Source: Podarcis bocagei (lineage: Eukaryota). Taken from it: a DNA stretch of 64,000 bases. The stretch lies in assembly GCA_964188305.1 (NCBI GenBank), contig OZ076886.1. One strand, given 5' to 3'. The stretch's first letter is position 1. Every line of letters begins with the position of its first letter. This document shows, one piece after another, positions 1 to 13,250 of this stretch. The notes under the pieces are model-generated. The model was not told the DNA's origin and did no database searches. It worked only from the letters and a program-made list of their open reading frames with translations. The position numbers and the translations under genes were made by a program.

Positions 1-700
1 AGCTCACCAGAGAGACATGATGGCAGCAGGGTTCCCATCAACATGATATTCTGAGAGTTCGTGGCATTCAAGTTCCATTTAGCCATTAAGACTAAGAGCA
101 TCTGAGAGACCAAGCCTCCATGTCTTTGCCTAATCCCCTTTAAGTCCCCTTTACCAGCCCACACCACATCTTGCAGCTATTAATTCCATAAATTAATCAT
201 GCGTTGCATCAAGAAATGCTCCCTTTTCTGTGTTCAGAATCCATTACCAATCACATTCATTGGATGTCCCTGAGTTCCGGCTTTAAGATCTACAACATGC
301 ATGATTTCATAAACCTCTGTTATGCTTCCCCTTTAGCTGTCTATTTTCTCAACCTTTTCCAGCTCTATATCTTTTATTTTTTTTAAGATGGGGTTACCAG
401 AACCACACACTATTCTAAGTGTGACTGCACCATTGATTGGTATAAAAGTATTATGACACTGGCAGTTTCTCTTTCAGTCCCTTTCCTTGTATTTTTCACT
501 CCTGTAGCACACTATATTTTTCTGCACCACAGCTCCCATACCTTTTTCCTGGTCAGTCACTGCCAGCCGAGATAGCATCAGTTATACATAAAGCCTGATT
601 TTCATTTTCCAATGAACATATGTTTGCATTTATTCCCACTGAACCACATTTGCCATTCTGTTGTCTGTTCACCCTACTTCATGAGAAGTTTGCAGCACTC
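1..700 (-). mobile_element. Degraded CR1 LINE fragment (ORF2 3' region)
   Basis: 387-510 (gatggggttaccagaaccacacactattctaagtgtgactgcaccattgattggtataaaagtattatgacactggcagttt) resembles the antisense of CR1 ORF2; no intact ORF; boundaries approximate. Confidence 0.6.
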
Positions 701-769
701 CTGCAAATCTAACTGACAATGGTAGAATGAAATAATGGAGTGAAAATGTAGCTTTTAATGTTTGATGTA

Positions 770-846
770 TTACAGTATTTTAATATTTTTTGGAAGCCGC
801 CCAGAGTGGCTGGGGAAGCCCAGCCAGATGGGCGGGGTATAAATAA

Positions 847-892
<46 letters not shown>
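770..892 (+). mobile_element. L2-type LINE/SINE 3' end with (AAT)n tail
   Basis: gaagccgcccagagtggctggggaagcccagccagatgggcggggtataaat followed by an (AAT)n tail; a reverse-strand relative is at 3640-3800. Confidence 0.7.
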
Positions 893-894
<2 letters not shown>

Positions 895-1143
895 GTTGTA
901 CCTTGGTTCTCAAACAAAATCCATTCTGAAAGTCCATTCAACTTCTGAAAACGTTCAAAAACCAAGACACGGCTTCTGATTTGCTGCAGGAGCTTCCTGC
1001 ACTCAATCAGAAGCCACAGAAGCCCCATCAGATGTTCGACTTCCAAAAAACGTTCGCAAACCGGAACACTCACTTTCGGGTTTGCGGCATTTGGGAGCCA
1101 AAACGTTCAAGTCGCAAGACGTTCAAGAACCAAGGTACGACTG
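893..1143. mobile_element. Tc1/mariner (Tigger/pogo-type) MITE
   Basis: Terminal inverted repeats (TIRs) aagttgtaccttggttct ... agaaccaaggtacgactg, flanked by TA on both sides; sits at the end of the (AAT)n tail. Confidence 0.8.
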
Positions 1144-2427
1144 TAATAGATTAGAGAAATCTGGATTGAATTTTGGAGATGAGTTATGGCATGGCAGCAT
1201 ATATCTGAACTAATATAAAGATGTATGTTAATCGTAGAATAAAATCCTGTTTAAAAATAAGGAAAAGGAAATACGAGAGTTGGGTCCTATACAACCCATA
1301 GACATAAATGTACACAAAAGTTGATTTGAATATGGTTGTTGTTGTTTGTATACCGCCGTATACCCACAGGTCTCAGGGTGGTTCACAGGATAAAATCACA
1401 CCATAAAAACATGAAATACACAATCAAAATGAAAACAAATTAACCCCAACACATTTTAAAAGGGCACTGGATGGTTAGAGTCTGGTTTTTTGTTGCAAAA
1501 AAAATTAGTGCATAACTGGAACAAAGTTTGAAACACCACTGCAAAATAGCATCAGTGCAGTGACAATGCTGAATATCATCTAGACTACCCCACTGTCCTA
1601 AGGCAAGATTTCACCCCATATATCAACCCCTCTACAGGCTGTCTACATTAATCTTTATCCTGGGATGCCAAAGACAGACAACAGGAGCAAGGAAAATCGA
1701 CCATGACAGAGGTACCTAAACAACACAATCATAAAGCAATCTTGTTAGATAGGATCCACTGTTGAAAAGAGAGCTTAAAAAACAACTTAGAAACAGCTGT
1801 TGTGGCTTATTTATGCATTGTAAATATTATTTGTCTGAAGGCACTTATTTCGTAATGCGGCAATGATCTCTCTTTATTTAAACATTTGCAAACACTGAAT
1901 AAACTCAAGGCTAACGGTGTCCTCTTTTTTAATATAAATGATTTTGATTGGTGTCCTTCAATTAATGTGCACATTTTGTTCTTTAAGCAATGGTAAAGAA
2001 AATACTGTACTTGTGTGTAAACAGACTTAATGGATCTATTTGTGTATTTATTTGAAACAATTGTATGCTGCCCTTCTCACGGAAAAGTTCCCCAAAGCAG
2101 ATTGCACAAAAATCAATGTATTAAAAACAGCATAAATACATCAAAGCAACAAGACACAACAGACCAACAGACACACACACACAAAATTGCAGCAGAAATG
2201 AAAAACAAAGCAAAACAAAAAACCCCCACATCTAGCAAAAACCATGGTCTTGACTGTTTCAGGAACCGTAAGCCAAAACTGAATGAATTTGAAGTGCCAG
2301 AATGATCTGTGTGCCAGTAATGAAGAGGTCATATTGCTTGTAGTCACCATCTTACTTCCGAAGGTGACAATGCATGGAACAGGACAATCACATGGAAGTA
2401 AGCATTCCTATCCCTTGCCATTTGGCA

Positions 2428-2570
2428 CAGGGATGGGGAACCTGCAGCCCTCCAGTTCCTTTTGCACTCCCAGTCCCATCAACCCTAGTCAGCATGGCCA
2501 GTAGTCAGGGATGATGGCAGTTGTAGTCCAATTATATCTGGATCTGGAAGACCACAACTTCCCCCAACCT
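2428..2570. mobile_element. hAT-like short MITE
   Basis: cagggatggggaacctgcagccc ... cttcccccaacctg termini with the internal cccatc/gggatgatgg-ttgtagtcc motif shared with 41215-41350, 42466-42598 and 47003-47128. Confidence 0.65.
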
Positions 2571-2776
2571 GATTTAGAGCTTTGTATTTAGCCAAGAAAC
2601 CAGTTGAGACCCAATTAAAGTTTTGCAATCACCAAATTACAGCCCCCATTGAAAACATGCCAGACCAGTTTTCAGTAACTTCTCAAAGGCAACCAACTGT
2701 ATGGCATTTGGAAGTTATCATCAGGAATGCACAGGAGCTTCTCCTGCCCAGAAAGAGAATCCAGCTGGTGTACCAA

Positions 2777-2922
2777 CCAAATTTCAAAGGTGGAATTGAC
2801 ATCTGGGGGGGGGGGTTGATTTCTGAAAGGCGGTGCTTTGTCCTACATCTTAGGCAAGTCAATTGAAAAATCACGATTTTGGGGGTTTCCTGGTTTTTAC
2901 TTCTTGAAATATGGCAACCCTA
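2777..2922. mobile_element. Non-autonomous DNA element, hAT-like, with a TAGGGTTGCC-type end
   Basis: Close match to 60579-60787 (tttcaaaggtggaattgac...cttaggcaagtcaattgaaaaatc...gaaatatggcaaccctag). Confidence 0.65.
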
Positions 2923-3639
2923 GCTGGATCTGGCTGGCAGGTCATATCCTTATCTCCACCTGCAAGATAAGTGTGACTAGTGGGCAAACTTTCCCACCTG
3001 TGAATTACCTGGCATCATGATTTTTGCCTGCATGGTTTGAAATTAAACCATGTGAATGCAAGCATACTATGTGCAGAGCACATTCCCTTTTCATACTTCC
3101 TGTGTAGTTTGCATCCCAGGGTGCAATTCACTTGCGTCCCCCATGGAATGAGAGACATAAGCTCCACAGCTGGAATTCACATATCTTCCAGCAGGTGAAA
3201 TAACAACTGTTCCCTTGAACATTGGCCAGGAATAATAAAGGATGCAGAAATTATTCAAAGATCTTCTGTAGATATTTCGGCATAATATCTTGATGGAATA
3301 TTTACACTTTTTTTAAAATGTAGAACTCTCAAACAGCACCCCCATGTCCAGTTCTCCTGCAATTTGTCTCATATTCAGATAACATCGTGGGAAGAATCTT
3401 GTTCCCCTCTTCCACTTGTAGCTGGCTTTTTTTAATGTAGAATAGAGACAGGAAAATGCAAAGTGTAATGAATGTCAATATGTCAGATACGTTATACTGC
3501 TGTTATGAAGAAACCTGACATCTGACTGCCACTTTTGGAAGCAGCTCTGTGTTTCAAATAACATGCAAAGTGTAGTTTTTGTCTTATGTCAGGTTTACTT
3601 CAAGTCTAGAAATTCTTTTTGTACATCTCCATTTCACAA

Positions 3640-3640
3640 G

Positions 3641-3671
<31 letters not shown>

Positions 3672-3800
3672 ATTTATACCCTTCCCATCTGGCTGGGTTT
3701 CCCCAGCCACCCTGGGCAGCTTCCAGCAAAATACAATAATTCATCAAATATGAAAAGCTTCCCTAAAGAGGGCTGCCTTCAGATGTCTTCTAAAAGTGAG
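3640..3800 (-). mobile_element. L2-type 3' end fragment
   Basis: Reverse complement of the 770-892 family (atttatacccttcccatctggctgggtttccccagccaccctgggc) next to an AAT repeat. Confidence 0.65.
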
Positions 3801-4249
3801 GCGACGGGCCTCCCACGAAAAGAAAAATGAGGTAAATGCCCCATGTTGTTTATGTGAAATGCTCTGAAATCACTATTTGACTGGGCTTCTGATTTTTGCC
3901 TTTGGGGATTATTTCCATGTGGAACTTAAAGTGAAACTCATGCAGTGTTATTAACCAATACGGAACAGAACAGCGGGGGGAGGAAATGCACCCAAAACCT
4001 TCTGCACAGAAAGCAAAAAGAAATACATGGAACCCTGGTTTTAAACAATCCCCCAAGGGACCAGCAAATGACCTTCTCCTAGTAAAGACGGTCTTGGTAT
4101 TTAATTAAAGGTCAAACAAAATTGTGCTGCAAACCCTGGGGATACGTTAGTGTAGTAACTTAAGACAGGGTTGTCTAATGAAGATTTCAATGTATTAGTA
4201 GGGGGGAAGTGGGGAAGTTCATTTTCAAGATACAAGGGACACAGGGGAA

Positions 4250-4256
4250 AGAAAAA

Positions 4257-4315
<59 letters not shown>
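4250..4315. repeat. (AAAG)n microsatellite
   Basis: Direct reading. Confidence 0.97.
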
Positions 4316-6919
4316 TTAGTTGATGGCATTTGGTGGATGGCTGGACTCAGACTGCAAACAGAACTAGTGCAGGAGAAACTTGTTACACTAGAAGGGAGTA
4401 GTAGTGCCAGTTGTGATGCATAGTGCCATTCAAGGATTATTGCATTGGGGACAGGAAACAGACAGAGCCCTGGAGGTTCCTGCTACGCAGCACTAAATTA
4501 GCTTCAAAAAAATTTCTAGCTATAAAAAAGACCAGTGCAACCTTGCACACACAGCTTTATCTGTCATTATGGCGTGGATAGGATATTTGCTGGACCTCAT
4601 TTTTCAGGCTGGAAAAAGCCAACTTAAGTTATGGCAAGCAAGCTGCTGTATGCACTACCACTGTTAATTGTGGCTTGTAGGGCTGGGCTCTAAAAGCACT
4701 TTCTAAATGATAGATACACTGGATCTGAGGACTGAGAATCTCTGCAAAATGAGATAATGAATGTGTGGACAGTCCCATCCATACTCCCATGAAGAACTCA
4801 AGAAGAACTAGGGTCTGTTGCAAGTACTTTGAGGCCTTCTCGTCATATTCTGTATAACCAACAGTATTTGCCTGTTCCCTTTGCAGGTGTTAAAATCTAT
4901 AGGGCAGTTTTATCAATTCAGGTGCATTTAATTAATGTTCCTTCTCAAGGTAAAGCCTATATTTTCTTAAAGCAGATCTCTCAGTTGTCGGCTATGTAGT
5001 ATGATTACACAGAAAACATGCTTTTGAAGGTCAATACGTAGGAAAACCTTGTCCAAAGTGTCAGCTTTATTATTACAACTGATCTTTAAAACAGTCTGCA
5101 ATTCAGTTTTAGAGCTGGATTTATCACTCTGGCTGGGAATTATTTGAGACTTTCCTCCCAAAATGGGCCAGATCCAAAAAAATGTATCTGGAGACCTTGA
5201 TTTGTGATCCCCCCCCCTCCTTGCTTTCCCTTTTGATGTTACTGATGAGTTCATTTAGAACTAAAAGGGTGGGCTTGCGGAGTTTAAAGAACAAGAAACA
5301 AACACAGCCTGGTGCAGCATATGCTACACGTTATCTTATTTGTTTATTCATTCAGTGATGGACTATGAAATGAGATACACTGTCAAAAGCAATGCAGCTC
5401 ATGCCACAGCCTGCAGAATTATTTATTTATTTATCTATCTCGCATGGAAAGGCACCCCTGACTTTTTGCCTGTGCAATCTATTCAGAGATGCTCTCAGTT
5501 GGTTTTGGAGTGCTGGCCCATTTCCATGGTTGTGTCTTAGACTTCTGCAACATTGCCCCACTAGAATTGAGTCTTAGTGCAACCACGCATTAGCCAACGT
5601 CACAGGGATATTTTTCCAAAACCTTCCGGTTGATTCGGCCCTGCTTTTTTCCCATGTCCAAAATCTGATTATATTTGATACCAGCCTTTTCCCACTTCTG
5701 TTTTATCCGGATCAGAACAGAAACCTTAGGCTAGTCCTCTGCCTCCCCCCGCCCCCTGCTCCAGACTCCTAGCTGACCAGACTTAATCAAGTGGACAGCC
5801 TTCGTTGCTGTTTCTGTTCTGTTCTCTGCTGCCTTTAGCTATCTCTTCTCTACTGAGTTTCTGTAGCGGCTCCTCCAATCTTAGCTGGCATTCTTCGCTT
5901 AATTGCCACCAGCTGGAATAGAGCTTGCCTCAAGTAATACAGCTAGGCCAGCACTTTGCAAAATTCCTGAAAACATTCTTGTGGAGGATGCCTTCCTTAG
6001 ATTCATTTCCCCTGGGTTATCCTCCAAGCTCTGCCTTCCAATGCACTTGGTTACAAGCAAAGGCTGGGGCAATTTCCAGCTTGAGTTAAAATGTCCAATT
6101 AGTCTCGTAATGTCACTTCAAGAAGAACCAGAACAGAGTCCTGTCCACGCTACATTTTATCCAGGCATGGCTCCCATATGGTGAGGATTCTTAGAATGTT
6201 GTCAGGTCTCGTCATTCAATGGCTTTTCCTCAGAGTTTCCTGGGGAAATGGAATGATAGTTAAAACAGTTTAAGTTCATTGGCTAGATATATCTAATAAA
6301 TCTATGCTGAGTTGAGATGGGATCGGGTTTAGGAGTTGGTTTGTCTTTGGATACTGAATCAGCAGTGGGGAACATTTTTTTAGACCATGGACAACATTCC
6401 CTTTGGGGCAATCTTCCAGTAGGTTACATGCCAGCAGTGAGTAGGACCAGGGGCAGAAATTGGCAGAGTCTCATGCTGAGCGACAACAAGCAGAGCTCAG
6501 TGGAATGGGAGGCCAACCAAACAGCAGAGTCCCTGAAGTGTACTGGCTTGGAGGCAGAATCAGTATCCAAAGGATGAAGCAAAGCAGGATAGGTGAGGGG
6601 TCTTGCTTGGAAGGGGGTGTGGTCTGAGGAGGCTTCTGAGGGCTGGGTAGATAGTCCTGGAGACCTAAAATTGCCCCAGGTCTGAGGTACCCATTGATAT
6701 TTGAACCACTGCTCTAGCTGCTTTCTAATTCCTTCTTCTTTATACTCTTAAATTAAAATTAAGCTTCTTTGTATGTTTAGGTATTCTGAGTCTTGCCCAT
6801 TCACCCAAACTACTGCTCTGCTATTGCTTTATAATTTTTAAAATACATATATATACCATGTCACTTCCAAAGTTTTTTTAAAATAATAATTGGAATAAAT
6901 ATTTCCCATGAACTTTGTC

Positions 6920-7300
6920 AAAAGCCTTGTGGGCATCTACAAGGTACTCCTGAGGCTTTTCCATATTACCCAGCATTCAGCATTTTGCGGATGTGGATTA
7001 TGTTTGGGAATGTATTTGTCATTCTTTCCGCCAATATGCCCATCAACATTTTTGCATATTGCCCAGTTAATGAGATAGGCCTATATGATCCTGGATTTTC
7101 TGGGTCTTTACCTCTTTTTAATATCACAACAATTCTATAATCTTTCCATGGCTTAGGCACTGTTAAACAGTCTTTGCATGTGGGGCAATAGTGTCTCAGA
7201 TTATTTTTTAAAATATAACTATTCTGGTAGTCCATCCATGCCTTTATGTGGTTTAAGTTTCTTAATTACTCTAGAAATATCCTCCAGGAATATCAGAAAT
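6920..7300 (-). mobile_element. L1/Tx1-clade LINE RT fragment
   Basis: ORF 6966-7235 contains IVVILKRGKDPENPGSYRPISL...AKMLMGILAERM, matching the L1-type RT N-terminal motif (K.GKDP...SYRPISL). Confidence 0.85.
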
Positions 7301-9759
7301 ACCTGATTACTTTCTTGCCCCAAAGCTACCAAAGGAAATGAAACTTTCAAGTCTTGTGTCTAAATAACGAAACACGTACTTTATAAAAGTAAATGTGATT
7401 ATCTGGAAGTATTTACATGAACGGAGCATTTCCCACACTTGTCTGAACACAGACGTGCAATTATTATTATTTTTAAAGTGTTTCTGTGTTGTAAGATGCT
7501 GTTTATTACATGATTCTTGCCTTAGACAATAGAAAAACTGCATCCTTAAGTGACTCTCCTTCTGAAGTGCTTGCTACGAGTTCTGCAAGAGTCCATTCTT
7601 TTACGAGTTCAGCATGAGTCCATTCTGCCACTAACAGGGAATTAAACTGCACCTTCCCAGTTCTCCTTGGAAAGCTACACAGTGGAGGTTGGTGGGGAAA
7701 GAGAGGTTTCCATCTGAAGGGACGGCACTGTTGTCAGGATGCACGAGATCTTCGCTGTTGTGGAGGGGAGCATTGATTTCTTCCTAACACCAGGAGCTGT
7801 TCTAATAAGGAGGTGCTGATATGTGAAATGAAACCACAGAGTGCAGGCACGTGGAGTGCAAACCTGTGAGCCGCATTAAATACAAACTCAACCTGCACTA
7901 ATGTTAATTGTCATTCAGTTTATATCAATGTGAAGCTTATTAAACCATAAAGTGAGGCATCTAGCACCAAGTGCGGCACTGGAGACAATTAAGTGTAATA
8001 AGTGTTTCTCTTAATCCCTCCAAACCCTGGAGATGCACAAGTTACAGATGAACATCCTGTTTGCATTAAAGGCACCGCTTGCATGGCAGCTGAGCACACA
8101 CACTGTGTCGAGAGATCCCAACTCAGATATAAAGCCAATTCTTCCCTGAAGCCTGAAATCCAAATTCCCTTCCTTTTGTGTGTGTGTGTGTTGGTGGCTT
8201 ACTTCATAGTCACCCCCCCTTCCTTACTCACAAGTTTAATTTCCGAGACAGCTGTTCTTCTACAGCTACTACTATTAATTATCTGGATTAGTGCTGAATT
8301 TATCAGATTGAGATGCCTGACTCCCTGGGTATGTAAAAATTAGGGCCTGTGGGAGAATAAAGCATAAATAACTGATAGCTTGTGGAATGTTGAAGCTTAC
8401 CTAGCCTTTCCATAGTACTATGAACAGGCATTGTAAATAAAAGCACAACAGAAGACTAAGATCCAACCGGGTCAATATATACAGCAAAGAGCAATGACCA
8501 GTGTCTCTTTCCAGATTAGTGGTACTTCTTTGTGGTTCATGTGTGAGCGAGCCACTCCCACAAGGAATTAGTTACAGAAACCGCAGGAGCATTTTTGAAA
8601 TGTCATCTTCAAACTGTATATTCCATCATGAGTTAGAAGTCCGTGCTTTACATTCAGAGGTGTCCTGAGACATTTTGTTGCCCGACATGACAGTCAAAAT
8701 TGTACTCACCCCCTGTACAGAAGCTGACTGGATTGACAGTTATATTTTATATTGATGCTGCTGATGAAGCAACATCCTCTACCACACTAGCTTACGTAAA
8801 TGGTGCAGGGCAGGCCACAACACACACAAGTGTGTCCTCCAGAACCTTGATGACACCATGTGCAGCATCATTCGCTTCACTGTGCATAATGGTATAGCTG
8901 GCACTGCTTTCAAGCCCAAATTTGTTTCAACAGCTGCCAACCCAAAGATCATGCAGCTTTCTCTCTGCCCCCCCCCCCAGAAATCATATCACCCACCATC
9001 TTTGTCCCACCACCATCACTTGCATATAGCAAGCAGGAAGTTAATTTTGTTCTACAACAGGAAGAAGAGTATGATGTGTGATAGAGTATATATAGTGGAA
9101 TAGGGAAGGATGCACGACACCTGCGTATTTTCTTGCTGCTTCAGAGTGTCCACAGGGACTGGTGGGTTCTCTTGGCAGCCCCAACCGCAATATACCCCGT
9201 TCTCCAAACACTAAAATGTTCAGAGTGTCAACATTCAGTATAGATTAGCAAAGCTGCGAGATCGGGTTACTAAGGAAGTTAGACAGTATTGTGCCAATCA
9301 AAATAAGTGCATTTGGCAGCTTATTTACCAAGTAGGTACAAAAACAGTTCACATTCACAAAAGGGTTTTTTTAATAAAAAAAGAATTAAAAATTAAAAAA
9401 TTAAAAGTACCATGCCTATTAAATCAATGTAGGGTATAAAGCAATATAAACAAGTAGTTTACTTTATGGAATATTTCTAAATGAACAAATTAGGGGAGGG
9501 AGAGCTACATCCCAGTGGTACAACACACCCTTTGCATGTTTAATGCCACACTAGTAGCTTACTTCTGTTAAAAGGCTTTCTGGTAGAAGAGGCTTGTGAA
9601 ATACTTCTGCCTCTGAAAAGCTTCTCTCAGGTTAGGACTTGTAGACCTTAGCAGCAGGCAACTCTCTTACACTATAGTTAGTAAACTATGAGGAGTGAGT
9701 AAAATTATCATTATGGAATGTGACGTCCCTATTTTCATTGGAGAAATGTTGGAAGGTAT

Positions 9760-9853
9760 GGGCTCGAGCCTCATGTTGGGCAAAAGATTCCTGCATTGCA
9801 GCGGCTTAGACTAGATGACCCTCATGGCGCCTTCCAATTCTACAATTCTATGA
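9760..9853 (+). mobile_element. tRNA-head/CR1-tail SINE (Squam2-like), partial
   Basis: gattcctgcattgcagcggcttagactagatgaccc...ttccaattctacaattctatga CR1-type tail. Confidence 0.7.
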
Positions 9854-10184
9854 AAAGCACACAGCCTGATACTGGAGGCAGCTTGCTGAGAATCTCTTGT
9901 GGTACAGCCTTGGAGGTGGGTTCTTGCATTGAGAACAGGTAACAATTCAGCCAAATGATATGGAATGGAAGAAGAACAGGCAACACTTTTCAAAGTGATG
10001 ATGGTTTCAGGTGGTGTTTTTTTAAATTAAAAACAGTCTCATAAATTGTTTAATTCTGAAGCTGAAATTTAGAAATACTAGTTATTCATATAATTATATT
10101 CTGATATAACATTTGTGCTTTAAGGGATGCACTGACAGCTAGTTTGTCTACTGGTTTTAAAGGAGATCAGTGATAGAGTGATAA

Positions 10185-10345
10185 CAGAGCTCATGCTTCA
10201 CTCACATAGAGAGGGCCCAGGTTCAATCCCTATAAATATCTCCAGTTAAAAGGCTCAGGTAGCAGGTCATGTGAACATCCTCTACCTGAGAGCCTTGCTA
10301 GTCAGAGCAGATAATACATGGCTAAACAGGCAAGTCATTCCTATA
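10185..10345 (+). mobile_element. Squam3-like tRNA-derived SINE, degraded
   Basis: B-box-like ggttcaatccc followed by atctccagttaaaaggctcaggtagcagg body; similar to the copies at 15654 and 62780. Confidence 0.55.
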
Positions 10346-10741
10346 TTGTAGCCACTTTTGTCACTACTGAGCAGTAATTGCCCATCAAGGGCTTAGTGAT
10401 GAGTGTTCCAAGTGTTACTAAAAAGACTTAAAAGTAGGATCCACAGGATTCTGCTAGTGGTGGTATATAAGAACCTTTGTTAGGATCTGCTCCAGGAAGC
10501 CCCACATTCTCAAATGAGTAGGGTTGTTTATTACCAGGATCAATGTGTTCTCTCTGGTAGCCACTACTGGAACCTAGAGTATGGACAGCTTTCCCCAGCC
10601 AAACTCCTTGCTAATATTTAGACTTCAGTTTTATACTTTTGTATATGTCCAAGTACGGATGGAATCTAATTCCTATCTTCTGTTGGATTATTTGTTTGGT
10701 TTGCTTCTGGCTGTTGCCTATTTTATACGATACTTGTCTTT

Positions 10742-11250
10742 TCCTTCTTCTTCGGTGATCACTCGTAGCCGAGTAAGATTATCTTCCATAAACAAGGTTT
10801 TAACAGTGAGTCCGTAAGTGACTGTGGAGGCCAATTGTGGATCCACACATCCTTCCACAGTGGGGACATAGGTTTCTGGGTGGGAGTTGATTGCAGTGAG
10901 AGGGTTTGCCAAGCATGCCTTCCTCTTAGCACGTTTCTCCCTTTTGTCCTGAGTTTCAGCGTCTTCAAAGCCCATGACATCTTTGGTAAAGGCTGTTCTC
11001 CAATTGGAGCTCTCGCAGGCCACTGTTTCCCAGTTGTCAGTGTTTATACTACATTTTTTTAAAAAAAGATTTGCCCTGAGAGGGTCTTTAAACCTCTTTT
11101 CTTGACCACCTGCATTACACTTTCCATTTTTAATTTCAGAATAGAGTAGTTGCTTTGGAAGACGATAATCAGGCATCCGCACATGACCAGCCCAACAAAG
11201 TTGATGTTGAGGAATCATTGCTTTGAAACTGGTGATCTTTGCTTCTTCCA
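10742..11250 (-). mobile_element. RTE-clade LINE 3' end
   Basis: ORF 10718-11218 QLCWAGHVRMPDYRLPKQLLYSE...GGQEKRFKD...NWETVACESSNWR is a typical RTE ORF C-terminus; (GAA)n tail on the minus strand. Confidence 0.9.
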
Positions 11251-11279
11251 GTTCTATACTTGTATTGGATTGTTAACTA

Positions 11280-11644
11280 CCGTATTTTTCGCTCTATAAC
11301 ACGCACCGGACCATAACACGCGCGTAGTTTTTAGAGGCGGAAAACAAGAAAAAATATATTCTAAACGAAATAGTGGATATATGATTTTTGTGGTTCATGC
11401 TGTGGCCACAGACATGTGATCTGACAGTGAGTTTGGAGTAGCCCAATGCAAAAACCCTGAGGATCCATGTGGATCCATGCTTTGTAACCACGGAGGAGGG
11501 AAGGAAGGGGAACCATGGATCCTCTGCTCACGACTGCAGCAGATCCCCCCTGCCACCCGCAGGCATTCGCTCCATAACACGCACAGACATTTCCCCTTAC
11601 TTTCTAGGAGGAAAAAAGTGAGTGTTGTGGTGCAAAAAATACGG
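11280..11644. mobile_element. Tc2/pogo-like MITE (CCGTA termini)
   Basis: TA|ccgtatttttcgc ... gcaaaaaatacgg|TA; related copy at 43319-43785. Confidence 0.85.
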
Positions 11645-11899
11645 TATATTGTTGATTTTGTTATGCCCCCCCCCTTATTTACCAAAAGCAGCATGGAATT
11701 GGGGGGATGGGACTAACTAAACAAATAGCTATATAGAAAACACTTCTGGTAACAATGAGGATCAGGAACCCACATATCAATACTATGTGTTGTTTACTTG
11801 GAAATGAGTCTCAATTCTCTTTAATGAGGGCTTATCATAGGACTGCAAACTCAGAATAGCCACCATTTTATATTATCAGGGGGGAAAGGGCATAGCTCA

Positions 11900-12100
11900 A
11901 CTAAAAGCATGGTGTAGTACTTATAGACTTGGACCCAGGATCAACCCCCAACGAAATTCAATGGATGATCTTGGGCTAGTCACTCACTCTCTCAGCCTCA
12001 CCTACCTCACAGATTTGTTGTGGGGAGAATATGGGTGGGGAACAACACCATTTGCTCCACCTTGAGCTCCTTGGATAAAAGATGTGTTAAAAATATATTA
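11900..12100 (+). mobile_element. MIR/CORE-like SINE, old
   Basis: gatcttgggctagtcactcactctctcagcctcacctacctcacagatttgttgtgggg CORE-like segment. Confidence 0.55.
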
Positions 12101-12875
12101 AATTTATTTATTTATTATATGCATTTATTACCTGCCCTTCACCAAAGGTCCAAGGGCGGGTTATATAACAATAAAACAGTAACATACATTACATAATGAA
12201 TTACTAAAGCAACAGTACAACCAATAAAATCATTAACAGGTGATGAGCAGTAATCAAATGTTCCCAAAAGCCTGAGTAAAATGGTGTGCCTTTGCATCTC
12301 TTCTAAATAACCCCTCAAATTGGGGCTAAATAAAATAAGAAAAGTACTTCTTCTGTTGCACACTCCATTGTCCTATCACATCATTTATAGAGTTTCTGGC
12401 AGCCAATATTACCAGGTGTGATTTTCAGGCAAGTAGGAGCCTGCCATTTTCTATCTATCTAGAGTTAAACATTTGCCACTGGCAACCATGAATTTTCTTA
12501 TTGAAACAGTCTTCACTAGGTTCTGTTTTGAACACAAGGGCCATGTATCAGAGTCCTGGAACATGTGAGGCCCTCTGAGGTCGTGTAGGATGCCTTTTCC
12601 TCACCACTGAGTAACAACAGATCACCTTCCCACATTCAGGAGCAAGGATGTTTTGGGACCGGATGCATTCCTCCCCATCAAGGGTGCAAAGGCAGGAGCA
12701 GTTGCCATCAATTCACAATTATTTCTCTCCCTCTTGGTAGAGCAGGGATTGGTAGAGCTACTAGAACAGGGGTTATCCAACAGTGGTCCAAGGTCCAAAC
12801 TGTGGTCTGCAAGCTTCATTCAGAAAGGCAGGTGCAGTGTGTTAGTCATATTGATTTTTTATTCTAATTCATTTC

Positions 12876-12876
<1 letters not shown>

Positions 12877-12930
<54 letters not shown>
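12877..12930. repeat. (TTA)n microsatellite
   Basis: Direct reading; explains the poly-L stretch in ORF 12653-13195. Confidence 0.97.
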
Positions 12931-12933
<3 letters not shown>

Positions 12934-13106
12934 ATATACATTACCCAAACTGTATATGTATGTTGCACTTTATTGTGAAATACTACTGTTTGAGGCAGTT
13001 TCCCAAACCAGTTTCACACCAACTACAGCTTCATTCTTCCTCCAGATGTCACTGGGTTGCAATTGCCATTGTCCCTCACCAGTGGCCATGTCTTCTGAGG
13101 CTGATA

Positions 13107-13250
13107 GGAATCATAGAGTTGGAAGGGGCCCTGGGGATCATCAAGTCCTATTCCCTGCAACGCAGGAATATGCAGATGTCCCTTATGGGGACTGAACCTG
13201 CAACCTTGGTGTTATCAGCACCACACTCTAGCCAACTGAGCTATCCATCA
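13107..13250 (-). mobile_element. Squam2-like SINE
   Basis: gaatcatagagttggaagggg...caagtcc CR1 tail plus antisense tRNA-like head (gaacctgcaaccttgg...ccaactgagcta). Confidence 0.7.

Noticed and set aside
5228-5268. Hammerhead-like string CTGATGA-GTTC-ATTTA-GAAC-TAAA flanked by ccctt/aaggg
   Set aside because: The catalytic GAAA is TAAA and stem I is too short to form; likely chance
12653-13195. 180-aa ORF with a poly-Leu stretch (and the similar poly-I/L ORFs at 758-1073)
   Set aside because: Produced by TTA/AAT microsatellites and SINE sequence
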